Shown here one piece after another: positions 32,626 to 41,924 of a DNA stretch of 63,924 nt. The stretch is from an uncultured Campylobacterales bacterium. GTDB taxonomy: Bacteria; Campylobacterota; Campylobacteria; Campylobacterales; Sulfurospirillaceae. A program made the position numbers and the translations under genes. Every line of letters starts with the position of its first letter. Positions within the stretch are counted from its first letter, which is position 1. A model generated the notes under the pieces. It saw only the letters and a program-made list of their open reading frames with translations. It made no database searches and was not told the DNA's origin. The DNA lies in the NCBI GenBank assembly GCA_964598135.1, contig CAZRAK010000001.1, forward strand, positions 1 to 63,924, read 5' to 3'.

Positions 32626-33637
32626 AGCCAATAAAACAAAATTTGGTGGAGCAGAAAATTATCTCTCTAGATTGTCTAAAAAACTAGAAGAAAACAATAT
32701 AGACCATCAAGTTGTAAACTCTATATTTCCAAAACTCCTCTCTTCATGGCTAAGAGCAATACTTTTTAATCTGTATGTATGTATAAGCAAAAAAGATAAA
32801 TTTTATTTTTCATTGGAAAGAGTAACCTGTCCAGACATTTATAGAGCTGGAGATGGAGTTCACAAGGTATATATGAAAATTGAAAACAAATCCGTCTTAA
32901 ATCCTCTAAATTTAGTATATCTTTATATTGAAAAAAGGGTGTTTAAAAATGCAAAAAAGATAATTGCTATATCGAATATGGTTAAAAATAATATTATATC
33001 AAGCTATAAAATTGAACCGAAAAAAATTGAAGTTATTTACAATGGCATTAAAATAACAAAATTTGACTATAAAAGATCGTATCAAAAAATCACTAACGAA
33101 TTTGGACAAATATTAGATGAAACGATATTTTTATTTGTAGGAAGTGGCTATAAAAGAAAAGGTGTCGAGGAGTTTTTACAAATTTTATCAAAGATAAGCG
33201 ATAAAAATTTTAAAGCTTTTATTATAGGTAAAGATAAAAATATCGAGCATTATAAATATTTTGCAAAAAATTTGAATATTGCAGAAAAAATTATTTTTAC
33301 AGGCTCAAGAAAAGATGTAAATGATTTTTATACCATTGCTGATATATTTCTTTTTCCTACAAAATATGAACCTTTCGGAAATGTTATACTTGAAGCCATG
33401 AATTTTCATAATGTAGTTATCACAACAAAATTGTGTGGAGGAGGAGAAATTCTTGATAAAAATCTTATTATGGAAACTCCTGATGATTTTTCAATAGTGC
33501 AAAAGATAGATGAACTTTTAAACAACCAAGTTAGAATGGAAGAGATAAAAAAGAAAAACTTTAAAATAGTGCAAAATTTTACCATAGAAAAAAATGCAAA
33601 AAAGACAATGGATGTGATATATGAATATCTTGATTGA
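32603..33637 (+). CDS. GT4 glycosyltransferase (WaaG/RfaG-like)
   Basis: FGGAENY, YRAGDGVH, RKG and EPFGNVILEAM; ATG 32603 preferred. Confidence 0.87.
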   Translation: MKKIYFIRANKTKFGGAENYLSRLSKKLEENNIDHQVVNSIFPKLLSSWLRAILFNLYVCISKKDKFYFSLERVTCPDIYRAGDGVHKVYMKIENKSVLNPLNLVYLYIEKRVFKNAKKIIAISNMVKNNIISSYKIEPKKIEVIYNGIKITKFDYKRSYQKITNEFGQILDETIFLFVGSGYKRKGVEEFLQILSKISDKNFKAFIIGKDKNIEHYKYFAKNLNIAEKIIFTGSRKDVNDFYTIADIFLFPTKYEPFGNVILEAMNFHNVVITTKLCGGGEILDKNLIMETPDDFSIVQKIDELLNNQVRMEEIKKKNFKIVQNFTIEKNAKKTMDVIYEYLD

Positions 33638-34562
33638 GCTTCCTTCTTGGTTGGGTGATGGTATTATGACTACTCCATCTATTGAAGAGATTGTTAAACT
33701 ATATCCTGATATAAAGATAACTTTCTTCGGCTCATTCGTATCTTGTGAAGCTTTCAAAGCTCATCCTAATTGCCATCAAACGATTTATGATGACAGCAAA
33801 AAGTCAATCTTAAGACTCTTTTGGCTATACAAGAGTGCAAAAAAACTTGGTAAATTTAATATGGCAATTAGCTTTAGAGGCTCCTTATACTCAAATTTGT
33901 TTTTAAAATTTTTAAAAACAAAAAAGATATTTCAGTACAAAAAAAAGCTATACAGTGGTCATCAAGTTGAAAAATATGCAAAATTCGTCTCGGATTCTTT
34001 AAATATCAGCTTTAAACCAAACAGATTAAAACTTCACCAAAATCCTTTCAAATATTCTAAAAAAACAGTCGGATTAAACCCAGGGGCTACTTACGGAAGT
34101 GCAAAAAGATGGTATCCTAAAGAGTTTGCCAAAGTTGCAAATACTCTCTCAAAAGATTATGGATACGATATCATAATTTTTGGAGGCTACAGTGAAATAG
34201 ATATGGCAAAAGAGATAGAAGATAGTTTGTCCATAAAAAATTATCAAAATTTAGCTAGAAAAACTTCAGTGCAAGAGTTGATACAAAAAATAGCTGGACT
34301 TGATTTGTTTATCACTAATGATAGTGGTCCCATGCATATAGCAGCTGCTTATCAAGTACCAACTATTACTCTTTTTGGGTCAACAAAACAAGATGAAACA
34401 GACCAATGGCACAATCCAAATAGCTACATTATAAACCACAATTTAAGTTGTGCACCATGTATGAAACGAATATGCCCTTTAAAGCATCACGATTGCATGA
34501 AGGGCATAAAGGCACAAGAGGTTGTCAAGACTTTAGAGCATCATCTATTGCTTGGCAAATAA
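33621..34562 (+). CDS. waaF: Heptosyltransferase II
   Basis: [24 protein letters not shown] and [13 protein letters not shown]. Confidence 0.92.
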   Translation: MNILIELPSWLGDGIMTTPSIEEIVKLYPDIKITFFGSFVSCEAFKAHPNCHQTIYDDSKKSILRLFWLYKSAKKLGKFNMAISFRGSLYSNLFLKFLKTKKIFQYKKKLYSGHQVEKYAKFVSDSLNISFKPNRLKLHQNPFKYSKKTVGLNPGATYGSAKRWYPKEFAKVANTLSKDYGYDIIIFGGYSEIDMAKEIEDSLSIKNYQNLARKTSVQELIQKIAGLDLFITNDSGPMHIAAAYQVPTITLFGSTKQDETDQWHNPNSYIINHNLSCAPCMKRICPLKHHDCMKGIKAQEVVKTLEHHLLLGK

Positions 34563-35094
34563 TATGCCCTATCATGATGTGCATCTCTTGAATTCTTGGG
34601 GTGTCATCACTTGGAACTACTATATTTACATCGCAAAAGTCATGCATGGCTCCACCATCTTTTCCGCTTAAACCTATAGTTTTACAGCCTATATTTTGTC
34701 CCAAACTAAGAGCTCTTAGAACATTTTTGCTATTTCCGCTTGTTGAGATACCTATTAGTACATCACCTCTATTTGCTAAGGCTTCTACTTGTCTATCAAA
34801 AATCCTATCATATCCATAGTCATTTCCAACTGCTGTTAAAACCGAAGTATCAGTTGTAAGTGCGATACCTGGCAAACCTCTTCTCTCGCTCTTATATCTG
34901 CCACTTAACTCTGCTGCGATGTGTTGGGCATCTGCGGCACTTCCGCCATTGCCAAAGAGTAGAATTTTCCCACCCTTATTTATCGTTTCTGTTGTTATTA
35001 TACAAGCGGTGTATATATAACTTTGTAGCTCTTCTACTGTTTTTTCTACTGTTTTTTTATGAGAATCCATCTCGTTTTTAATCATATCCATCAT
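34525..35094 (-). CDS. gmhA: Sedoheptulose-7-phosphate isomerase
   Basis: [17 protein letters not shown] and RIQEMH. Confidence 0.96.
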   Translation of the reverse strand: MMDMIKNEMDSHKKTVEKTVEELQSYIYTACIITTETINKGGKILLFGNGGSAADAQHIAAELSGRYKSERRGLPGIALTTDTSVLTAVGNDYGYDRIFDRQVEALANRGDVLIGISTSGNSKNVLRALSLGQNIGCKTIGLSGKDGGAMHDFCDVNIVVPSDDTPRIQEMHIMIGHIICQAIDDALKS

Positions 35095-35102
35095 ATCAAT
35101 TA

Positions 35103-35153
35103 TCTCCTTTTTTGAGCAAAATTCAATAAAATAAAGCTTGTGCTTTTACGCAA
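35103..35153 (-). repeat. Degenerate copy of the SD-associated hairpin element upstream of gmhA
   Basis: Minus strand AAAAGCACAAGCTTTA...TTGAAT-TTT-GCTCAA AAAAGGAG, sharing AAAGCAC-N-AGCTTTA, TTTGCT and AAAGGAG with the ccoS copy. Confidence 0.45.
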
Positions 35154-35158
35154 AATTT

Positions 35159-36574
35159 TTACAACTGTGCCTTTTTTATTATATTTGTTGTACTTTTTCC
35201 ATCTATAAATTCTACTAACTTTACCTCTTTAGCGATATCACTTCCCACAACTTTTTTATCCTTATAATCTCCACCTTTTACCAAAACATCTGGTTTTATA
35301 GCGCTTATAAGTTTATGAGGTGTATCTTCATTAAATTCAACCACAAAGCTGACTGATTCTAGTGAACTTAACACATATGCTCTGTCATCATTACTGTTTA
35401 TAGGTCTATTTTTGCCTTTCAATCTCCTGACTGAATCATCTGAATTTAACCCGACAATAAGCATATCACCAAAACTTTTAGCAACCTCAAGATACTTTAC
35501 ATGTCCTACATGTAAGATATCAAAACAGCCATTTGTAAACACTATCTTTTTATCTCTAAATTTTTTTAATATTGATATTATCTCTTCTTTTGTTTTTATC
35601 TTACTACTAGCTTTTGCACTTCTTAGGCTTTGTTCATACATATCAATCTCATCTAAGCTAACAGTCGCGCTTCCAAGTTTTCCAACCACAACTGCGGCTG
35701 CACTTGTTGCAAAAAGGGCTGATTTTTCTATATCCAAACCTGCTGATAGGGCATAACCAAATGAAGCTAACACAGTATCTCCAGCACCCGTTACATCAAA
35801 AACTTCTCTTGCAACTGTTGGTATCTTTAAAATCTCATCACCAAATATAGCCATACCATCTTCGCTCAAAGTGATAACTACATAATCTAACTCCAAAGAT
35901 TTTTTTAAAAATTCTCCAGCTTTTTGCAAACTTTTTTCATCTTTTATATCTATCTTGGTAGCTTCACTTGCCTCTTTTTTATTTGGAGTTATAAGCGTAG
36001 CACCTCTATATTTACTATAATCATCCCCTTTTGGGTCTACTAAAACAAATTTATCAGCTCTTTTTGCCTCTTTAATTATTTGACATGTAAGATCTTTTGT
36101 AAGCACTCCTTTGCCGTAATCAGACAAAAGAATAGCGTCAAAACTACCAACAATCTTCTCAAATCTTCTGTAAAGCTCCTCTTCATTTTCAAAACTAATA
36201 TCATCTTTAGACTCTCTATCATATCTTATAATTTGCTGATGAGCCGCTATGACTCTGCTTTTTTTACTAGTAAACCTCTTCTTTTGTTTTATAAGATTTT
36301 TCGTATCTACTCCAGAATTTTTAAGCATATCAAAAAGTTCTTCACCATTTTTATCTTCACCAACCACACTCAAGACGGCAACATTAGCACCCATAGTTAT
36401 AAGATTATTTATAACATTTCCTGCTCCGCCTAAAACAACTGTCTCTTTTTTTATATTAACAACTTGAACAGGAGCTTCAGGAGAAATTCTCTCGCAATCT
36501 CCCCATAAATAATGATCAAGCATCAAATCACCAATTACTAAAATATTTGGCCTATACTCTTTTAATCTATCCAT
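35159..36574 (-). CDS. hldE: Bifunctional heptose 7-phosphate kinase / heptose 1-phosphate adenylyltransferase
   Basis: RISPEAPV, DVTGAGDT and FTNGCFDILHVGH. Confidence 0.96.
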   Translation of the reverse strand: MDRLKEYRPNILVIGDLMLDHYLWGDCERISPEAPVQVVNIKKETVVLGGAGNVINNLITMGANVAVLSVVGEDKNGEELFDMLKNSGVDTKNLIKQKKRFTSKKSRVIAAHQQIIRYDRESKDDISFENEEELYRRFEKIVGSFDAILLSDYGKGVLTKDLTCQIIKEAKRADKFVLVDPKGDDYSKYRGATLITPNKKEASEATKIDIKDEKSLQKAGEFLKKSLELDYVVITLSEDGMAIFGDEILKIPTVAREVFDVTGAGDTVLASFGYALSAGLDIEKSALFATSAAAVVVGKLGSATVSLDEIDMYEQSLRSAKASSKIKTKEEIISILKKFRDKKIVFTNGCFDILHVGHVKYLEVAKSFGDMLIVGLNSDDSVRRLKGKNRPINSNDDRAYVLSSLESVSFVVEFNEDTPHKLISAIKPDVLVKGGDYKDKKVVGSDIAKEVKLVEFIDGKSTTNIIKKAQL

Positions 36575-37559
36575 GGATTCTCTTTATATCATCTATGTAT
36601 AATTTTATGCCAGCTTCAAGTGAAAACTGTGGCTTATAGCTTAAAAACTCTTCGCTCAAACTTATATCTGCTTCAGTAAAAAATTGATATTGACCCACAA
36701 ATGGATTTGGTATATACTCATCTTTTCTCTTGATTTGTAACTCTTTTTTTAAGATATCAACTATATCTTGAAAACTTCTTGCCTTCCCCGTTCCTACATT
36801 ATAGATACCGCTTTTTTTAGGTTTGCATGCTTTTATATTTGCGGCAATTACATCTTGTATATATATAAAATCTCTTTTTATCTTATCACTACCTTTAAAG
36901 AGTTTTGCATTTTCACCCCTTAAGAGCTGAAGTCCAAATTGAAGCACCATAGAAGCGGTTTTATTTTTGAAAAATTCCCTTTGCCCATAAACATTAAAAT
37001 ACCTTAATCCCACGATAGATATAGGAACCTCTTTCATGTATGCTCTAGCGATATTATCCATCATTTGTTTACTAAAGCCATATACATTATTTGGACTCTC
37101 AAATCCGATACTAAACTTATCACTATCGCCGTAAGTTGCCGCACTTGAGGCATAAATCATATTTGCACCCATATTTACTGCGATATCTAGCAAGTTTTTA
37201 AAAGCATTTACATTTGTATCTATCATAATCTTTTGATCAAGCACAGTAGTATCGCTGATAGCAGCTTCATGAAAGATGAAATCAAATTTATACTCTTTTA
37301 ATTTTGCCAAATCCTCTGTATTGTTCAAATCGCCGCTTATCACAATCCCTTTAAAGCCAAGTAAGTTTTTAAAATGCCCAAAACTTTTTAAATTTCCATT
37401 GCCAAAAGTTTCTTCACTTCTAAATTTATCAAAAACTATCACCTTACAACCAGGATAATTTTCTTGAAAATAAAAAGCTAAATTACTTCCTATAAATCCA
37501 GCTCCACCTGTAATCAAAATAGTTTTTTCATTAAAGTTTATATCACTATATGCCATCAA
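36567..37559 (-). CDS. hldD: ADP-L-glycero-D-manno-heptose 6-epimerase
   Basis: TGGAGFIGSN, YASSAATYG, YGFSK and RYFNVYG. Confidence 0.93.
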   Translation of the reverse strand: MMAYSDINFNEKTILITGGAGFIGSNLAFYFQENYPGCKVIVFDKFRSEETFGNGNLKSFGHFKNLLGFKGIVISGDLNNTEDLAKLKEYKFDFIFHEAAISDTTVLDQKIMIDTNVNAFKNLLDIAVNMGANMIYASSAATYGDSDKFSIGFESPNNVYGFSKQMMDNIARAYMKEVPISIVGLRYFNVYGQREFFKNKTASMVLQFGLQLLRGENAKLFKGSDKIKRDFIYIQDVIAANIKACKPKKSGIYNVGTGKARSFQDIVDILKKELQIKRKDEYIPNPFVGQYQFFTEADISLSEEFLSYKPQFSLEAGIKLYIDDIKRIHG

Positions 37560-37564
37560 TATTC

Positions 37565-38074
37565 CTATATTTTTATGATACTTATTGTATCTAAAATTGA
37601 TTTAACACTATATTTAGCCTCTTTACAAGTGAAGCTATTTATAAAAATTGTATTAGTGATGCCTACATTTAAGCCAGCTTTTATATCGCTTAGTTTATCG
37701 CCTATCATCCAAGAGTTTTTTGGCTCAATTTGAAACTCTTTTATAGCTTGTTTTAACATATAAGGTTTTGGTTTTCTACACTTACAATTATCTTGTGGAG
37801 TATGAGGGCAATGATAAACTTTCTGGATTTTGATACCATTTTTTTTTAGCTCTTCTAGCATCCATAAAGTTAGTTTTTCAAAATCTTCTTCCCCGTAGTA
37901 ACCTCGTCCAATGCCTGATTGATTAGTAACAACAATAAGCAAATATCCTAAATTTTGAAGATATTTAAAAGTCTCAAAAACTCCATCACAAAACTCAAAA
38001 TCTTCTATTTTATGCAGGTAAGTTTTATCAACATTTATTATGCCATCGCGATCAAGAAATATAGCTTTATTCAT
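37565..38074 (-). CDS. gmhB: D,D-heptose 1,7-bisphosphate phosphatase
   Basis: FLDRDG, TNQSGIGRG and CPH..C.CRKP. Confidence 0.94.
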   Translation of the reverse strand: MNKAIFLDRDGIINVDKTYLHKIEDFEFCDGVFETFKYLQNLGYLLIVVTNQSGIGRGYYGEEDFEKLTLWMLEELKKNGIKIQKVYHCPHTPQDNCKCRKPKPYMLKQAIKEFQIEPKNSWMIGDKLSDIKAGLNVGITNTIFINSFTCKEAKYSVKSILDTISIIKI

Positions 38075-38188
38075 TTTATTTTTCTCCTTATGGTATAATA
38101 TTATAGCTATACTTAAAATACCAAATTTATAAGGAATTTTAAAGCTCTTTGTGATAAAATGCTGTAAAATTTTTTAAAAGGAAGAAAA

Positions 38189-38470
38189 ATGAAAAAAATC
38201 GTCTTAACATCAATAGTTGCCTTAGCGGCTAGCACAGCTTTGATGGCTGGTGTAAATGCAAATATATGTAAAGGTTGTCATGGTCATAACTTTGAGAAAA
38301 AAGCTCTTGGTAGATCAGATATTGTCGCAAATATGACTCATAAAGAGATTGCAAGTGCTCTTGTAGCATACAAGACAACAACAGAATCAGATGAACTTAT
38401 CATGAAGCCTCAAGTTTCTAGATATTCTGATGCTGACCTAAAAGCATTTGCACAAACAATAGGTAAATAA
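38189..38470 (+). CDS. Periplasmic monoheme cytochrome c553-like (copy 1)
   Basis: Signal peptide, CKGCH and distal Met (LIMKPQV). Confidence 0.9.
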   Translation: MKKIVLTSIVALAASTALMAGVNANICKGCHGHNFEKKALGRSDIVANMTHKEIASALVAYKTTTESDELIMKPQVSRYSDADLKAFAQTIGK

Positions 38471-38477
38471 TTTTACT

Positions 38478-38506
38478 AAAAAGACGGATGTTACATCTGT
38501 CTTTTT
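38478..38506 (+). terminator. Intrinsic terminator
   Basis: AAAAAGACGGATG-TTA-CATCTGTCTTTTT. Confidence 0.75.
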
Positions 38507-38603
38507 CTCTTTCATCTTAATTTTCTCTTAAATTTTCATATAGTAAATAGTTTTAAAAGCAATTTGTGATAAAATAGTGTCAAATTAAAATAAAGGAAGA
38601 GAG

Positions 38604-38888
38604 ATGAAAAAAATTATCTTAACATCAATAGTTGCCTTAGCGGCCAGCACAGCTTTGATGGCTGCAATTAATACTAATGTTTGCAAAGGTTGTCATGGTC
38701 AAAACTTTGAAAAAAGAGCTCTTGGCAAGTCTAGAGTTGTAGCAAATTTAACTCATGATGAAATTGAAGATGCACTCAAAGGTTATAAAGTTGGCAAAGG
38801 TGGATCTATGAAAAGTATCATGAAGGGTCAAATAGGTAAATACTCTGATGCCGAAATAGAAGCATTTTCAAAAACTGTAGGTAAATAA
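38604..38888 (+). CDS. Periplasmic monoheme cytochrome c553-like (copy 2)
   Basis: Signal peptide, CKGCH and GGSMKSIMKGQ. Confidence 0.9.
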   Translation: MKKIILTSIVALAASTALMAAINTNVCKGCHGQNFEKRALGKSRVVANLTHDEIEDALKGYKVGKGGSMKSIMKGQIGKYSDAEIEAFSKTVGK

Positions 38889-38906
38889 TCTTTTAAGCCA
38901 TCAGTT

Positions 38907-39146
38907 TTAATCTGGTGGCTTATACCCTTTCTCTTTTCTTCTTTTTTCTTCTACTATTTTTTTCTTCTTATTTTCCATCATAACTGCATCTCTTAAAGCT
39001 TCTTCACTATCAAGCAAAGCTCCATCTAAAAACTTATTTTTATCATCAAATTGTCCCGTTCTTACACCCCACAAAAGTGCCCATAAACCAAAACCACCTA
39101 GCAAAAGAGAGGCTCCTAACATCATAGCAATTATCCAGCTACTCAT
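38907..39146 (-). CDS. ccoS: cbb3-type oxidase assembly protein CcoS
   Basis: TM followed by WGVRTGQFDD. Confidence 0.88.
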   Translation of the reverse strand: MSSWIIAMMLGASLLLGGFGLWALLWGVRTGQFDDKNKFLDGALLDSEEALRDAVMMENKKKKIVEEKRRKEKGYKPPD

Positions 39147-39241
39147 ATTAATTTCTCCTTTACCAGAAGCAAAGCTCCTGATAAATTCCTCTCACTAAAG
39201 CTAGTGCTTTGCACAGAGTTTTTCATATTAATTTCTCCTTT
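39143..39241 (-). mobile_element. ~80-bp hairpin element with 19-bp direct repeat of SD-spacer-ATGA; encodes 27-aa linker ORF 39226-39143
   Basis: TCATATTAATTTCTCCTTT at 39143-39161 and 39223-39241; interior homologous to 45643-45779 and 63883-63924; mobility is inferred. Confidence 0.7.
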
Positions 39242-41631
39242 GAGATGAAGTTTATTCTCATTGAGTTTCCTATCACTAATAGCGAACTTAGAGACATGGA
39301 TAGTGCCGCAAAAAGGGGTATAACAAATCCTACCATTGCCAATGGAATTGTAATGGAGTTATATAAAAACGATAAAAACAGATTTTCTTTGATGATTCGA
39401 TAAGTTTTTTTTGATATCTTAAATGCAAAATACAAAGAGTCAAATGTATCATTCATTAAAACTACATCACTCACACTTAGTGCTATGTCAGTTCCACTTC
39501 CTAATGTGATTGCAATTTCACTTTTTGCCAAAGCTAAAGCATCATTTATACCATCTCCCACCATCACTACTTTTTTACCATCTTTTTGCGATTTTTCAAC
39601 TATATTTGCCTTATCACTTGGCAAAAGTAGAGCATAAAAATCTTCAATACCAACTTCTTTTGCGATTTTTTTAGCTACTGCTTCATTGTCTCCTGTTAAC
39701 ATAGCAACTTTGATACCAAGTTTTTTTATCGCTTCAATTCCTTCTTTTGCATCAATCCTAGGAGTATCTTCAAGAGCAAATACTGCTACAACTTCACCAT
39801 TTACAGCAAAATAAAATGTACTAAAATTCCTAAAATACTCTTGTGCTTTAATACCCTCATCTTTTAGCAAATTTAAGTTTCCGCCCACTAAAACATCATC
39901 TCCTCTTCTTGCTTTTATTCCTTTTGCCTCTATGGTTTTGATCTCTTGCAACTCTTCTATATCTTGCATTTTAAAAAACGATGCTACTGCCTTGCTTATA
40001 GGATGAGTAGAGTTTTTTACAAGCGAGTATAGAAGTGATTTATCAAACTCTTTTAGATATAAACTATCCACGATTTCTGGTTTTCCAACTGTTATGGTTC
40101 CTGTCTTATCAAGCATTAAAACATCACATTTTGCCATAGTTTCCAAAAAAGCTGCTTCTTTAAAAAGTATCCCTTTTTTGGCTCCAAGCCCCAAGCCAAC
40201 AAGAGTTGAAACAGGCGTTGCCAAACCTAAGGCACAAGGACATGCGATAACTATAACAGAAATCGCAACTATTAATGACCTCTCAAATGAATTGCCACCA
40301 AAAAACCAAAACAAAAATGTTCCCGCACACAGAAGCAAAATAACAGTTGAAAAATATCCAGACACCACATCTGCTAGCTTTTGAATTTTTGGTTTTTTAT
40401 TCATGGAGTCTTCAAGCAAAGAAGTTATTTTACTAAGCACAGAAGAGTTTATATCCTTTAGTGCTCTATATCTTATAACTGTATCAAGACACACATATCC
40501 ACTTAAAATTTTATCATTTTTTTTCAAAAACAGAGGTGCAGATTCTCCTGTGAGACTAGCTGTGTCAAATGAACCTTCTCCTGAAGTTATCACTCCATCT
40601 ATGACTATCTTTTCACTTGCTTTTATCTCTAAAATATCACCTATTTTAACCTCTTGTGTTCCTAAAAGAATCTTTTCATTATCTCTTAGTACTAAAACCT
40701 CAGTAGGAATTGAGCCATTAAAACTATCTAATCTATCTACTGCTTTTTTCTTGCTTAAAACCTCAAGATATTTTCCAGCAAACACAAAAGTGATAATCAT
40801 CGTAACAGAATCAAAATAGACTTCGCCTTTTTGCGAAAACATGGCATATATAGAGTAAATATAAGCAAGCGATGCCCCAGTAGCTACTAAAATATCCATA
40901 TTTATATATCTATTTTTTATACCATAATATGCACCCTTAAAATAGACTGAACCTGTATAAAAAAGAGTTGGGGTTGCTAGAACAAACTCTGCAAAATTTA
41001 AAATACTTTTAACATCACTCTTCATACCAGTAAAGTACCCAGCATATTGAGCGATTGCAATCCACATAATATTCATAGTTGTAAAAACGCCAACTAAGAG
41101 TTTGGAGTAGTACTCTCTTCTAGTAGCATTTGCTTGGACTTCTTGCATACTTGGGTCATATGGATAGGCATTGTACCCTATACTTCTGATAGCCAGGATA
41201 ATTTGGGAGAGTTTTATGGTATCATTATCCCATACGATTTTTGCTTTACTGTTTGTTTGATTGATGCTAGCTTCTACAATTCCGTTTTTTTGATGCAGAA
41301 TCTTCTCATTTAACCAAACACAAGCTTGGCAGTGAATACCCTCAATAATAAGATAAATCTCATTAAATCCCTCTTTTTGTTTTATATACTTTTGTCTAAA
41401 GCCCTCTAAATCAAACTTTTGAACATCTCCCAAATCTTCTTTTGCAGGGTCTAGCTTTGTATTGCCAAGTTTTTCATAAAAATTATCCAATCCTTCACTT
41501 TTTAAAAGATGGTAAACCCCTTGACACCCCTTGCAACAAAAATATTTCACTCCATTTTTAAAACTGTTGTCTTTAACTAATACTTTTTCATCAAACTCGA
41601 GATGACAATGACTACATCGTCTTTTTTGCAT
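39223..41631 (-). CDS. ccoI: P1B-type copper ATPase for cbb3 assembly (CcoI/FixI)
   Basis: N-terminal CSHC..FCCKGCQGVY, CQAC, CPCALG, DKTGT and GDGIND; upstream of ccoS. Confidence 0.9.
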   Translation of the reverse strand: MQKRRCSHCHLEFDEKVLVKDNSFKNGVKYFCCKGCQGVYHLLKSEGLDNFYEKLGNTKLDPAKEDLGDVQKFDLEGFRQKYIKQKEGFNEIYLIIEGIHCQACVWLNEKILHQKNGIVEASINQTNSKAKIVWDNDTIKLSQIILAIRSIGYNAYPYDPSMQEVQANATRREYYSKLLVGVFTTMNIMWIAIAQYAGYFTGMKSDVKSILNFAEFVLATPTLFYTGSVYFKGAYYGIKNRYINMDILVATGASLAYIYSIYAMFSQKGEVYFDSVTMIITFVFAGKYLEVLSKKKAVDRLDSFNGSIPTEVLVLRDNEKILLGTQEVKIGDILEIKASEKIVIDGVITSGEGSFDTASLTGESAPLFLKKNDKILSGYVCLDTVIRYRALKDINSSVLSKITSLLEDSMNKKPKIQKLADVVSGYFSTVILLLCAGTFLFWFFGGNSFERSLIVAISVIVIACPCALGLATPVSTLVGLGLGAKKGILFKEAAFLETMAKCDVLMLDKTGTITVGKPEIVDSLYLKEFDKSLLYSLVKNSTHPISKAVASFFKMQDIEELQEIKTIEAKGIKARRGDDVLVGGNLNLLKDEGIKAQEYFRNFSTFYFAVNGEVVAVFALEDTPRIDAKEGIEAIKKLGIKVAMLTGDNEAVAKKIAKEVGIEDFYALLLPSDKANIVEKSQKDGKKVVMVGDGINDALALAKSEIAITLGSGTDIALSVSDVVLMNDTFDSLYFAFKISKKTYRIIKENLFLSFLYNSITIPLAMVGFVIPLFAALSMSLSSLLVIGNSMRINFISKEKLI

Positions 41632-41690
41632 AAAAAATACCCCACATATGAAACTAAGAGTGTTATTATATCGTTACTTTCTTATATTTC

Positions 41691-41719
41691 TTGACAAAAG
41701 CCTCTCTTTATTATAGAAT
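41691..41719 (+). promoter_or_regulatory. Sigma70 promoter of rho
   Basis: TTGACA (41691-41696), 17-bp spacer, TAGAAT (41714-41719). Confidence 0.75.
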
Positions 41720-41924
41720 TACACTCGAATTATAAAATCTTTGAATAAAAACTACAAAATTAACAAACTTCTATATTTCGTTATATACAGATACAGAAAT
41801 ATGTTTAACATATAGATTTCTTGCAAAACTATTCCGTTGAGAGCAAATCCTCCCATTGGTTCGAGTCTCTCGTCACAGTTTTACGAAAAATCTGATAAAA
41901 AACTTACAAAAAAAAGAAGGCAAA

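Noticed and set aside
39161-39186. Element hairpins as ordinary intrinsic terminators
   Set aside because: Followed by the SD rather than a U-tract, and located inside co-directional gene junctions.
41858-41867. tRNA T-loop-like GGTTCGAGTC
   Set aside because: Flanks do not form a T-stem or cloverleaf; it lies within the rho leader.
41856-41924. Longer N-termini in the ORF track (rho 41856, GT9 26454, GT4 32525, racR 47730, SHOCT 48652, dnaJ 48706)
   Set aside because: Downstream starts have better SD sequences or stop/start overlaps and match family N-termini.
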